A stretch of 64,000 bases of DNA from Eledone cirrhosa (lineage: Eukaryota), in NCBI GenBank assembly GCA_964016885.1, contig OZ024748.1, positions 20,336,001-20,400,000 on the forward strand, read 5' to 3'. Made by a program: the position numbers and the translations under genes. Positions 37,975-49,481 of this stretch are shown here, piece by piece. The notes beneath the pieces are model-generated. The model saw only the letters and a list, made by a program, of their open reading frames with translations, was not told the origin of the DNA and made no database searches. The first letter of the stretch is position 1, and the number at the start of each line of letters is the position of its first letter.

Positions 37975-38569
37975 CTGAAGGGATGAACAGATATAAAATG
38001 TATATAACAATTCAACAACATTTTGACATACGTGTACATGTGAGAACATATATCTGAAGAGCTCCCAATTCCAGAGTCAGGATTGAACATTATTCGATCG
38101 TTCCTCGAGCTGATTGGCAGTGAAACATATGTAATATGTAATTAAATATGTATATGATGCAACACTAATTTTTTGTTCCCATTTATTATTATTATTATAT
38201 ATATATATAAACGAATTGAGAGACAGACTAAGCACAAGAGGTATCAAATGTTGTGTGCTTGAGAGGAGATTGCATTGGTATAAACATGTGATGCATATGA
38301 AGGACAACAGCTGTATAAAAAAGTGCAGAGCAATCAAAATTGATGGAAGCTATGGAGTGGGTAGACCAAGTAAAACCTAGGACGAGGTGAAAAACTGACC
38401 TTGCTCACTTACACCTCTCTGAGACAATGTCACTGGATCGAGATCTTTAGCACTATGCAGTTATACAGAAAACCCACCTTCCCTTGCATACAAACTTAAA
38501 CCTACAGTCAATAAGCTCTTCTTAACCCAATATACACCCCACTCCAAGCACCCTACTCCATCCTCCCAC

Positions 38570-38800
38570 TTCTGTAGACTGTAAAGTGGTCATGTAGTAG
38601 ACACGGTAAAAAGGCTCCCAGTCCACACTGTAAATGTGGTTGGTGTTAGGAAGGGCATCCAGCCGTAGAAAACCTGCCAGAAACAGTGCTGTACGAGCGA
38701 GATATGGTCTCCCAACCAATCTTGCCTCAAGTGGAACAAAACCATCCAACCCTTGCTAGTGTGGAAGATGGACGTTAAACGATGATGATGAGATGATGAT
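38570..38800 (+). mobile_element. SINE-like family with ggaagggcatccagc motif and (GAT)n tail
   Basis: Related copies at ~55-370(-) and 47985-48310(-). Confidence 0.7.
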
Positions 38801-38951
38801 GATATATATATATACATATATATATTATATATATATTATATATATATTATTATAATGGATGTCAACCCACTGTGGGTCAATATATACATATGTTTCTATA
38901 TGTCTCTTGTGTTGAAAAGGAGGTCAAGTATGTTAAAAATCACTGAATAAT

Positions 38952-38998
38952 TGCTCCGAAGAATCGAAACCTCGGTTTGGAAGAAACAATTGTAGGCA
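38952..38998 (+). ncRNA. Degenerate minimal hammerhead (core CCGAAGA)
   Basis: tgct-CCGAAGA-atcgaaac(ctcg)gtttggaa-GAAA-caattg-TA-ggca; palindromic stem III, GUA site, one core substitution. Confidence 0.5.
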
Positions 38999-39116
38999 GA
39001 TAAATGATTTAAACAGAACTTTGTTTCATGTAATCTCTCTATATATACATATATATATATTTCGTTTCTGAATTTGTTTAGCAAGATTCTTTATCTGAAA
39101 ACGTGTGTTGAAACCG

Positions 39117-39443
39117 ATATTGTTATACTTTGAGAGGGTCATGTTGCCAATAAGAAACACACACACCAGTTGCTTTCACTCCAATTTATTATAAATTAAA
39201 TTTATAAATTTAAGAATTTATAAATTTCCGGTTTATGGTCGGTTCCACAACAAAGAGAAGAATCCCCAGTCACTGAAGAGGTCACAGAATGTGTGACGAA
39301 AGAACTTTGACAATATATGAACAACCGTCCAGTTGTGGAACCAACCAACCAACCGGAAATTTATAAATTTAATTTATAATAAATTGGAGTGAAAGCAACT
39401 GGTGCGTGTGTTTCTTATTGGCAACATGACCCTCTCAAAGTAT

Positions 39444-39451
<8 letters not shown>
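39117..39451. repeat. Foldback: ~120-135-bp inverted arms around an 80-bp loop, next to (TA)n
   Basis: atattgttatactttgagagggtc...ggttccacaac pairs with gttgtggaacc...gaccctctcaaagtataacaatat. Confidence 0.9.
39269..39311 (+). ncRNA. Minimal type I hammerhead motif in the loop of a foldback
   Basis: gtca-CTGAAGA-g-gtcaca(gaatg)tgtgac-GAAA-gaac-TT-tgac; 4-bp stem I, 6-bp stem II with one extra G. Confidence 0.65.
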
Positions 39452-39509
<58 letters not shown>

Positions 39510-40590
39510 TTATATATATATATATGAATTTTAAAGGTGTGACCTAATGTTTAAGCTGTTGGATTCAGGACCACAAAGTCGTGGGATTGGTTCCTGGATT
39601 GGTTAGTGCTTTGTGATCTTAAGCAAGAAACTTGATTTCATTTTGGTTTTCATGATATAACTGGGACTCCTAGCATAAAAACACAATAAACCTTGTAAGA
39701 TACCAGCTATACCTGCATATGCATGATATGTAAATTTCATATCATTTTATTTTTCCATTTTCAGATATACTGACAAGAAAAGGCACTAATATTGAATTCT
39801 TATAAGTTCTTTGCTTAACCATTTGTCTCCAAAGACATTCATTTCATTCAAACACATTAAAACAAAACTAGAAACCATAACTAAATAGGAATATTATATA
39901 GCCGAACCATAAATAAATTAAGAATTCTAGATTATTTTCAAAATGATTTCAAAACAATGCATTGGGTTTTTTTTTTATTAGAAATATGTTATTAAAGGAG
40001 TTCATTTAATTTCTTTTTAATAAAATTCTCATTATATATCTGGTGTTTGGAATATAACTTAAAGATTCTTTAATAAATTGATCATGAAAGGTCTTTAGAT
40101 AAATATAAATACTTTAAAATAAATAATTAAAATAAGTAGTTTCAGGCTGGTTGATATTGAAAGAAAAAGCATAAAGAAAGGCTGCAGTGTTTTATATATG
40201 TGTATCTATATACATACATATAAAGATATATATATATATACATATATATATATACATATATATATAGGGGATGAGAGGGGTTGAGTGGCTGATGATTTGC
40301 AATATGTAAGACAGTTATTTTATTGAAGTTTCAAGAAAGCAGGCCAGCAGGCTAGCAGGGCAGCAGGCTATATGGCTGGCATCATGGCTGCACCGGATGA
40401 GAGCATAGGCAGCATGCAAAAATAACATACTCTGGTGTACGTTACTAACCAAATAACTATTAGTTGCACGAGTATTATTAATGGTATGTCCACCAAATGG
40501 TATTTTGTTTGCTGACACCACACCAATATCATCACCATCCACACTGTTATCTCCCACTGTCTTAATGTTTATATAGTGTTGAGTCCTTAC

Positions 40591-40700
40591 CATCTGGTTA
40601 TACAAGACCTGAGCCAAAGCTTGTTGTTGTACTTGTTGCTGTTGCTGTGCAGCAATTTGTGCGGCAGCTAATTGCATTGGATCATAAGGTGACAAAATAC
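40591..40700 (-). CDS. MYO15: MYO15-like exon, Gln-rich linker (ILSPYDPMQLAAAQ...LYNQM)
   Basis: 110 nt, phase 1-0, canonical sites. Confidence 0.87.
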
Positions 40701-40729
40701 CTGTCGTAATTGAAGACAAAAAGAAAATA

Positions 40730-41100
40730 TTGTAAATATATTTTATAAATTTATATTGTAAATACATTGTAAATTTATATTGTAAATATATATTATAAAT
40801 ATATATCATAGATATATATTATAAATATATTGTAAATACATATAAATATATTGTAAATATATTATAAATATATTGTAAATATATTATAAATATATTGTAA
40901 ATATATTATAAATATATTTACAATATGTATTGTAAATATATTATAAATATATTGTAAATATATCATAAATATATTTACAATATGTATTGTAAATATATTA
41001 TAAATATATCATAAATATATTTACAATATATATTGTTAATATATATTATAAATATATGTTGTAAATATATTTTATAAATATATATTTACAATATATATAT
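40730..41100. repeat. AT-rich minisatellite (attgtaaatat/attataaatat)n
   Basis: Direct inspection. Confidence 0.85.
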
Positions 41101-42080
41101 GTGTAGTGAAAATGTCAACAAGGAAAAAGCATGCTCTATATATAATTAGAGCTAATATCATTTAGTGAAAATATTAACATCTCATTAATATTAAACTATT
41201 TTATTTAGTCAAAATCTTCCAACTCAATTTTCTTACATATATCAGTCAAAATACTAGAGAGAAATATGTCTGTGTAGCACGTAAATTTCAAATGGAAGGT
41301 AAGACAAAACAAATAGTTATTCTATTCTGCAGCTATTGATAAGAACAGATTTTGTTTTTCTTGGTAGTAAAACCAAGATCATCTGCTACTAGTAACTGAT
41401 CTTTGAATTTATAAGTACAGTCCATCTGGTGAGTGTTCACACAGTTTCCATTGACCCAGTTTCACTCAAGCATGTGCTGATCTCCAAATTGCCACATGTT
41501 AGGATTAAACATGGGATTCCAGGATTTTGAAGCAAACTTTTTAACAACTCAGCCATACCTGTGTACTCTGTACTGTGAGTGTGTAACTAAGTAATAATAA
41601 AATAGCAGGTAAGAGTTCATCATTTTAGATGTAGTCTCCAAGAGAGAAGACAGCACTGGTATCGACATGCAATGTGTATGGATGATGATCATTGAGGGAA
41701 GAAGTGTCAATGGAAGGAAACTGCTGTAGAGGATGACTGAAGAAAACCTGAACAGAAGTGATGAGAGCTGATCTCAAAATGCTGAACTTGACAGAGGAGA
41801 AGATGAAGGAATGCAGTGAGTGGAGGCTGACTCAGCTGGAAAAGACTTGACCAATCCATGCAAGCATGGAAAAACATGATGATAATGTTAATAATTGTTT
41901 CTACTTTTGGCACAGTACATTACTGGTACATTATTTTATCGACCCCGTAAGAATGAAAGGCAAAGTTAACCTGGTTTTGAACTCAGACCGTAAAGGGACG
42001 TAATTCTAAACTGCAAAGCATGGCGTCTGACTCTCTATTAATACTGCCAAGATAATGATAATAATGTGTAGTAGTCTTAC

Positions 42081-42201
42081 CTGTTGAGACAGGAAGTGTT
42101 ACAGGTGCATTAATTGCAGGTGCTGAAACGTTAAGTTGTGGGAAGAAATTGGACTGGAGTGGTGGTGTCGGAGTTAGTAGTGGAGTCAATGGCATCGTAG
42201 T
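42081..42201 (-). CDS. MYO15: MYO15-like exon, Pro-rich linker (TTMPLTPLL...LPVST)
   Basis: 121 nt, phase 0-1, canonical sites. Confidence 0.87.
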
Positions 42202-42321
42202 CTGAAAAATGAGATAGAATATATATATATATCCATATGCGGTTGATGGCTGAGAGAAAATATTACTCAATACCGAAGTAGAGTTTTAATATTCATTTTA
42301 ATAAGGCTAAATAATGAGTCT

Positions 42322-42365
42322 CGTTACTCTGGAGTTTCACCTGTTTATCACAGGGTCTTCAGACA
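42322..42365 (-). ncRNA. Type I hammerhead motif, sense to the myosin pre-mRNA
   Basis: minus strand tgt-CTGAAGA-c-cctgt(gataa)acagg-t-GAAA-ctc(ca)gag-TA-acg; intact core, GUA site. Confidence 0.7.
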
Positions 42366-42432
42366 TCTGTGATATGAATATATATATATATATATACTTA
42401 TATATTTATGAATATATATATTTATGAATACA

Positions 42433-43302
42433 CTAGCATTAAAGCCCGGCATTGCTCGGGGTCAGTAAGTTACCAAATTTATGTTGCACCACCCATTTTA
42501 TGGCAGCACTTTTTTGTCTGCCAGGCACTGGGTGAATGAATTGCAGACCTGGACTGCCGAAGCAGGAGCTGCACCAGCAGTGACAATTGTAGTTTCGCCT
42601 ATGGATATTATCTCTGTGCAAAGAAGTGTTGAAATTTATTGTTTCACAGTACTTGCGCAACACGCACGTAGATGATGCCAGCCGAACAACAGAGCTGCGA
42701 TGGAGTTGTTCTGCATGGTTGTCTAATGTGTGTTTTCTAAATTTAAGACAGTAGGGAGGGGTGTGATATGGGGGAGAGTTAGCTGCTGTTTCTAGCAGGT
42801 TTAGTGACCTCATAGAGGATATTATTGTGTATAGTAAATAAACTGCTACTTCTTTCTTCCAAGTTCGTTGAGAGATGTTTTAAAAAAGATTTATTGCTAT
42901 TTTTTTTGTTGTTGAATAAATTTATCTGTTGCTTTTGAATAATTGTTGTTTCGACTCAAAAACAAACGTTCTCTCTCTCTCTTCTTTCTTCGAGGTTCCC
43001 AAAGGAAGTTTGTAAGTTTAAGCGTATATAAGAGAAAGTTGCAGCATGTATGTAGTTTTATCAAATTTTAAGGGGAGTAGAGAGAGGGGTAAAGCGTCAT
43101 GTATTTAGTTGTATCGATTATTTCCGTAATTGTGGGTGAGTTTGAAAGAAAGAAATAGTCGTTGAACTAAGTTAGACCATTTACAACATTCTTAAAGACT
43201 TTGAGTCAAATCGGTTTGAAATTGTGCAAATGTATAAACATGGAACATGCACACACACACACACACACACGCACACACACAACAACAATTTGCTTTTATA
43301 GA
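42433..43302 (-). mobile_element. Non-autonomous Helitron (minus strand; 5' end approximate)
   Basis: minus strand cccgagcaatgccggg...CTAG|T at 42433; tctataaaagc start near 43302. Confidence 0.7.
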
Positions 43303-43652
43303 TAATGATATATTTATGAATACATATTTATATAATATATATATAACACACACACATATATATACATATGTGAATATATATACTGTACTTCTATGATTTT
43401 GAGAAATAATCAAGAATTTGGAGGGATTTAGTAATATAACAATCTTTTCCATTATTTATAAAACTGGTGTTTGGAACATAAAAGTTTTAAAATAAATATA
43501 AACACTTTAAAATAAACAGCTTTATGTCATAAAAATACGGGTGGTTTCAGCCAGTTTAATATCTAAAGGGTTAAAATGATTTTTTAAAAATGCTTAAAGA
43601 TATGTGGAATTGTATTAATCTGTTAAAAGTGAAATGTGAGAATACCACTGAC

Positions 43653-44253
43653 CTGAGGCCCCTGAGTAAGGCCATTTCCACCACCTTTCATTCTTGATGC
43701 CAGAGACCGTGCCTCACTAAGGTCATCCACCTGGTCATTTAAAACTCCTTCGAAAACATTATCCACCCATTTGGACCATACAGAGTTACGATCTGACACA
43801 TCAGAAAGAGCTGAGGCACTTGGTCGGTGAACGTTCAGTTGAGCTTTTGTCGTTGGATCTCTCTCTGTGTAGCGAGCATTCAATCTGGTCAGGGCAATAT
43901 CCGTTTCACCGAGGTTGACATGACTTGAACTTACATAACGTTTGTTCAATTGAGCCTGTCTGTCAAGGTCAAGTTCACTGGGTGTCTGGATGCCATTACT
44001 GGTGCTAGTATCACTACTATGTGGGGAAGCAGCCTGTAACTTGTGGCTATGGTAACGATTGTTAAGGGGACTCTCATTTGTCAGATCTGGAAGGAAGTCT
44101 TCAGCCCTGCGCTGGTTTAAAGGATTTGCGACAGAAAATGTGATATCCTTCTTGCCCCTTCTTGCATTGGCTTTCATAGAGGTTTCAAGAGAGATAAGTT
44201 CTGGAAAATGTCCATTAAAAACCATGTTTCGGTCCCTTTCTGGCTCATGAGGT
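43653..44253 (-). CDS. MYO15: MYO15-like exon, linker (PHEPERDRNMV...LASRMKGGGNGLTQGPQ)
   Basis: 601 nt, phase 2-0, open frame, normal complexity; cgcag/gtcagt. Confidence 0.9.
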
Positions 44254-44413
44254 CTGCGATGGAGAAAGGAAAGAGTAATAATGCTTTGATTTGGGTACAA
44301 CGCCAACAATTTGGGGGAGGAGAAAGTCGATTAAATGTAACCCAGTGTATTACTGATACTTTATATTATCAACCCTATAAGGATGAAGGCAAAGCTAACC
44401 TTGAAAATAAGAG

Positions 44414-44672
44414 TGAGGTCATTGAGTACAATACAACATAGGTCATGAGTACAATACAACAGAGGTCATTGAGTACAATACAACAGAGGTCATTGAGTAC
44501 AATACAACAGAGGTCATTGAGTACAATACAACAGAGGTCATTGAGTACAATACAACAGAGGTCATTGGGTATAATACAACAGAGGTCATTGGGTATAATA
44601 CAACAGAGGTCATTGGGTACAATGCAACAGAGGTCATTGAGTACAATACAACAGAGGTCATTGAGTACAATA
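44414..44672. repeat. 24-bp minisatellite, ~11 copies
   Basis: unit gaggtcattgagtacaatacaaca. Confidence 0.93.
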
Positions 44673-44721
44673 AACAGATTAACAAGCTTAATGAGAGCAT
44701 TGTAAAAAATTCTGTTTTATA

Positions 44722-47575
44722 TAAGTGATGTGTGTAGAATGATGTAGTGAGGTGTGTAGAATGATGTAGTGATATGTGTAGAATGGTGTAGTGAGGTGTG
44801 TAGAATGGTGTAGTGATGTGTGTAGAATGGTGTAGTGATGTGTGTAGAATGTAGTGATGTGTGTCGAATGATGTAGTATGTAGTGATGTGAGTAGAATGA
44901 TGTGATGTGTGTAGAATGATGTAGTGGTGTGTGTAGAATGATGTAGTGTTGAGTGTAGAATGGTGTAGTGATGTGTAGAATGATGTAGTATGTGTGTAGA
45001 ATGTAGTGATGTGTAGAATGTAGTGACATGTGTAGAATGTAGTGATGTGTGTAGAATGTAGTGATGTGTGTAGAATGTAGTGACGTGTGTAGAATGTAGT
45101 GATGTGTGTAGAATGATGTAGTGTTGTTTGTAGAATGGTGTAGTGATGTGTAGAATGATGTAGTATGTGTGTAGAATGTAGTGATGTGTGTAGAATGTAG
45201 TGATGTGTGTAGAATGTAGTGATATGTGTAGAATGTAGTGATGTGTGTAGAATGGTGTAGTGATGTGTGTAGAATGGTGTAGTGATGTGTGTAGAATGAT
45301 GTAGTGAGGTGTGTAGAATGATGTAGTGATATGTGTAGAATGGTGTAGTGATGTGTGTAGAATGGTGTAGTGAGGTGTGTAGAATGGTGTAGTGATGTGT
45401 GTAGAATGGTGTAGTGATGTGTGTAGAATGGTGTAGTGATATGTGTAGAATGGTGTAGTGATGTGTGTAGAATGATGTAGTGGTGTGTGTAGAATGTAGT
45501 GACGTGTGTAGAATGTAGTGATGTGAGTAGAATGATGTGATGTGTGTAGAATGATGTAGTGGTGTGTGTAGAATGATGTAGTGGTGTGTGTAGAATGATG
45601 TAGTGATGTGTAGAATGATGTAGTATATGTGTAGAATGTAGTGATGTGTAGAATGTAGTGACATGTGTAGAATGTAGTGATGTGTGTAGAATGTAGTGAT
45701 GTGTGTAGAATGTAGTGACTGTGTAGAATGTAGTGACGTGTGTAGAATGTAGTGATGTGTGTAGAATGATGTAGTGTTGTTTGTAGAATGGTGTAGTGAT
45801 GTGTAGAATGATGTAGTATGTGTGTAGAATGTAGTGATGTGTGTAGAATGTAGTGATGTGTGTAGAATGTAGTGATGTGTGTAGAATGTAGTGACGTGTG
45901 TAGAATGTAGTGACGTGTGTAGAATGTAGTGATGTGTGTAGAATGATGTAGTGTTGTTTGTAGAATGGTGTAGTGATGTATAGAATGATGTAGTATGTGT
46001 GTAGAATGTAGTGATGTGTGTAGTATGTAGTGATGTGTGTAGAATGTAGTGATATGTGTAGAATGTAGTGATGTGTGTAGAATGGTGTAGTGATATGTGT
46101 AGAATGATGTAGTGAGGTGTGTAGAATGATGTAGTGATGTGTGTAGAATGTAGAGATGTGTGTAGAATGGTGTAGTGATATGTGTAGAATGGTGTAGTGA
46201 TATGTGTAGAATGGTGTAGTGATGTGTGTAGAATGGTGTAGTGATATGTGTAGAATGGTGTAGTGATATGTGTAGAATGGTGTAGTGATGTGTGCAGAAT
46301 GGTGTAGGGATGTGTGTAGAATGATGTAGTGATGTGTGTAGAATGATGTAGTGAGGTGTGTAGAATGGTGTAGTGATATGTGTAGAATGGTGTAGTGATA
46401 TGTGTAGAATGGTGTAGTGATGTGTGTAGAATGATGTAGGGATGTGTGTAGAATGATGTAGTGATGTGTGTAGAATGATGTAGTGATGTGTGTAGAATGA
46501 TGTAGTGATGTGTGTAGAATGTAGTGATGTGTGTCGAATGGTGTAGTGATATGTGTAGAATGGTGTAGTGATGTGTGTAGAATGGTGTAGTGATGTGTGT
46601 AGAATGGTGTAGTGAGGTGTGTAGAATGATGTAGTGATGTGTGTAGAATGATGTAGTGATGTGTGTAGAATGATGTAGTGGTGTGTGTAGAATGATGTAG
46701 TATGTGTGTAGAATGTAGTTATGTGTGTAGAATGTAGTGACGTGTGTAGAATGTAGTGATGTGTGTAGAATGTAGTGATGTGAGTAGAATTATGTGATGT
46801 GTGTAGAATGATGTGATGTGTGTAGAATGATGTGATGTGTGTAGAATGATGTAGTGGTGTGTGTAGAATGATGTAGTGTTGAGTGTAGAATGGTGTAGTG
46901 ATGTGTAGAATGATGTAGTATGTGTGTAGAATGTAGTGATGTGTAGAATGTAGTGACATGTGTAGAATGTAGTGATGTGTGTAGAATGTAGTGATGTGTG
47001 TAGAATGTAGTGATGTGTGTAGAATGTAGTGACGTGTGTAGAATGTAGTGATGTGTGTAGAATGATGTAGTGTTGTTTGTAGAATGGTGTAGTGATGTGT
47101 AGAACGATGTAGTATGTGTGTAGAATGTAGTGATGTGTGTAGAATGTAGTGATGTGTGTAGAATGTAGTGATGTGTGTAGAATGTAGTGACGTGTGTAGA
47201 ATGTAGTGATGTGTGTAGAATGATGTAGTGTTGTTTGTAGAATGGTGTAGTGATGTATAGAATGATGTAGTATGTGTGTAGAATGTAGTGATGTGTGTAG
47301 TATGTAGTGATGTGTGTAGAATATAGTGATATGTGTAGAATGTGGTGATGTATGTAGAATGGTGTAGGGATGTAGAATGGTGTAGTGATGAGTGTAGAAT
47401 GTAGTGATGTGTGTAGTATGATGTAGTGAGGTGTGTAGAATGATGTAGTGATGTGTGTAGAATGATATAGTGATGTGTGTAGAATGTAGTGATGTGTGTA
47501 GAATGATGTAGTGAGGTGTGTAGAATGGTGTAGTGATATGTGTAGAATGTAGTGATGTGTGTAGAATGTAGTGCT
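44722..47575. repeat. 2.85-kb variant satellite (gtgtagaat[g/gat/ggt]gtagtgat)n with higher-order blocks
   Basis: ~18-23-bp variant units; explains the 838-aa His/Thr/Tyr ORF. Confidence 0.94.
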
Positions 47576-48480
47576 CACCCTCATCATCATCGTCAACAAT
47601 GTCTGTTGTTTTTCCATGCTAGAAAGGGTTGGACAGGTTGTTGCAGACCAAGTCAGTACTTAATCAAACCAACTGTCTTCTTAGACAGGCCAGGGGTCAC
47701 GTCGTACTTACATATGTACCAGTTTTAACACAATTTCCACAACCAGATGCCCTTTACAATTCCCAAAACTTCAGAGTGTACTAGATCTATTTATTGAGGC
47801 ACCAGCAGTAAAGAGGTTGTTGTGTCCTTGACACAAGTGAAGGGACCTCTCAACTCTTTGATTGGCATGGCTTATATGGCTCGATGCCCATACCTAATGT
47901 CAACAACTTTAGAGAGTGTACTAAGTGCATTTACCAGAGTACCAGCACTAGAGAGGTATCATGCCATCATATATATATATATATCATCATCATCATCGTT
48001 TAACGTCCATCTTCAACACTAGCATGAGTCTGGACGGGAATTGTCCCACTTGAGGCAAGATTGGTTGTCTTGCTCGGGACTGTCTGGCAGGTTTTCTACG
48101 GCTGGATGCCCCTCCTAACACCAACCACGTTTACAGGGTGGACTGGAAGGTTTTTACCGTGTTACCTACACGGCCACATTAAAGCGTGGACTGTGTGTTT
48201 TTTTTTGTCGTGACACCTACACGACCTCATTTGTTTAGGACTGGATGTTGTGGTACCAACATAGCTTTACATCGAAAGTGGGGGGGGGGGGTAGATGGCG
48301 GTGGGGGTAGGGGTAGTGGGACGGGGTGTATTTTGGTTAAGAGGCGCCTACTGACTGAAGGTTTCGCTTTGTACACACACACATATATATATATATATTT
48401 ATTATCGAGCCCTCTTTGGATTTTAGTCTTCAAATTTATTATTATTACTATATATATATATTTCAAGGACACCAAGTTAA

Positions 48481-48591
48481 ATATTGACATACCTTTAAAG
48501 AATGCGACCATTTCTGTTCCCGGATAGTATCCGGATAGTATCCGGGAGCTTCGAACAGAAATGGTCGCATTCTTTAAGGGTATGTCAATAT
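48481..48591. repeat. Short inverted repeat (39-bp arms), loop holds duplicated ccggatagtat
   Basis: atattgacatacctttaaagaatgcgaccatttctgttc / gaacagaaatggtcgcattctttaagggtatgtcaatat. Confidence 0.88.
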
Positions 48592-49056
48592 ATATATATA
48601 TATATATGTGTGTGCATATATATTTATATATATATATAACCCATACTAACGTGGAAGAACGGGCGTAAAACGGTGATGATATATATCTAAAACATAGATA
48701 TATGCATATATACATATGCATATATATACATACACCCATATACATATATACACACACATATATAAAATCAGCAGCATTTAATTTTTCCATACTCGCATGG
48801 ATTATATACACACATATACGCATATATATATGCATATATATATATATATACATATGTAGATAAATCTACCAAGAGTTTACGGTAGTGTCCAATCCGTATG
48901 AAGAACTCAATGTAATCCGGATATCATGGAAAGAAGAGATGCAATGAAAAATCACTTTCGGTGAAAGATAAACGGAATACAGAGTCAAGATAAAATATTA
49001 AAAAAATAATGAATAAAACAATGAAACAGTTCCTTATATTAAAAAAAAAAAGTTCA

Positions 49057-49203
49057 TTATTTAACGATCGTTTCTAGGATATATATGTATTAGAATTGGC
49101 ATGCATATTCAACAGATCTATGTACAAAATTATACAAAATTATACAAACTATCAAAATTAAATATACATACCAAACACATATATATGCCGTCTTCAGAAA
49201 TAA
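49057..49203 (-). ncRNA. Mirror copy of the long-stem-II hammerhead (left arm of palindrome), sense to the pre-mRNA
   Basis: Reverse complement of 49208-49354 with one substitution. Confidence 0.62.
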
Positions 49204-49207
49204 TAAT

Positions 49208-49354
49208 TTATTTCTGAAGACGGCATATATATGTGTTTGGTATGTATATTTAATTTTGATAGTTTGTATAATTTTGTATAATTTTGTACATAGATCTGTT
49301 GAATATGCATGCCAATTCTAACACATATATATCCTAGAAACGATCGTTAAATAA
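49208..49354 (+). ncRNA. Hammerhead motif with very long stem II (right arm of palindrome)
   Basis: ttattt-CTGAAGA-[~116-nt hairpin, about 30 bp paired]-GAAA-cgatcg-TT-aaataa; 6-bp stem I, palindromic stem III. Confidence 0.65.
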
Positions 49355-49447
49355 TGAACTTTTTTTTTTAATATAAGGAACTGTTTCATTGTTTTATTCA
49401 TTATTTTTTTAATATTTTATATATACATATATATATATATATGTGTA

Positions 49448-49481
<34 letters not shown>

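Larger units (their letters stand above)
48990..49420. repeat. Near-perfect long inverted repeat (arms ~214 bp, 4-nt loop)
   Basis: Arms are reverse complements except for one substitution and a 1-nt difference in an A-run; centre ...cagaaataa-taat-ttatttctg... Confidence 0.93.

Noticed and set aside
44443-47617. 838-aa and other His/Thr/Tyr-rich ORFs
   Set aside because: Translations of a G-poor satellite strand, open in several frames and lying inside a myosin intron.
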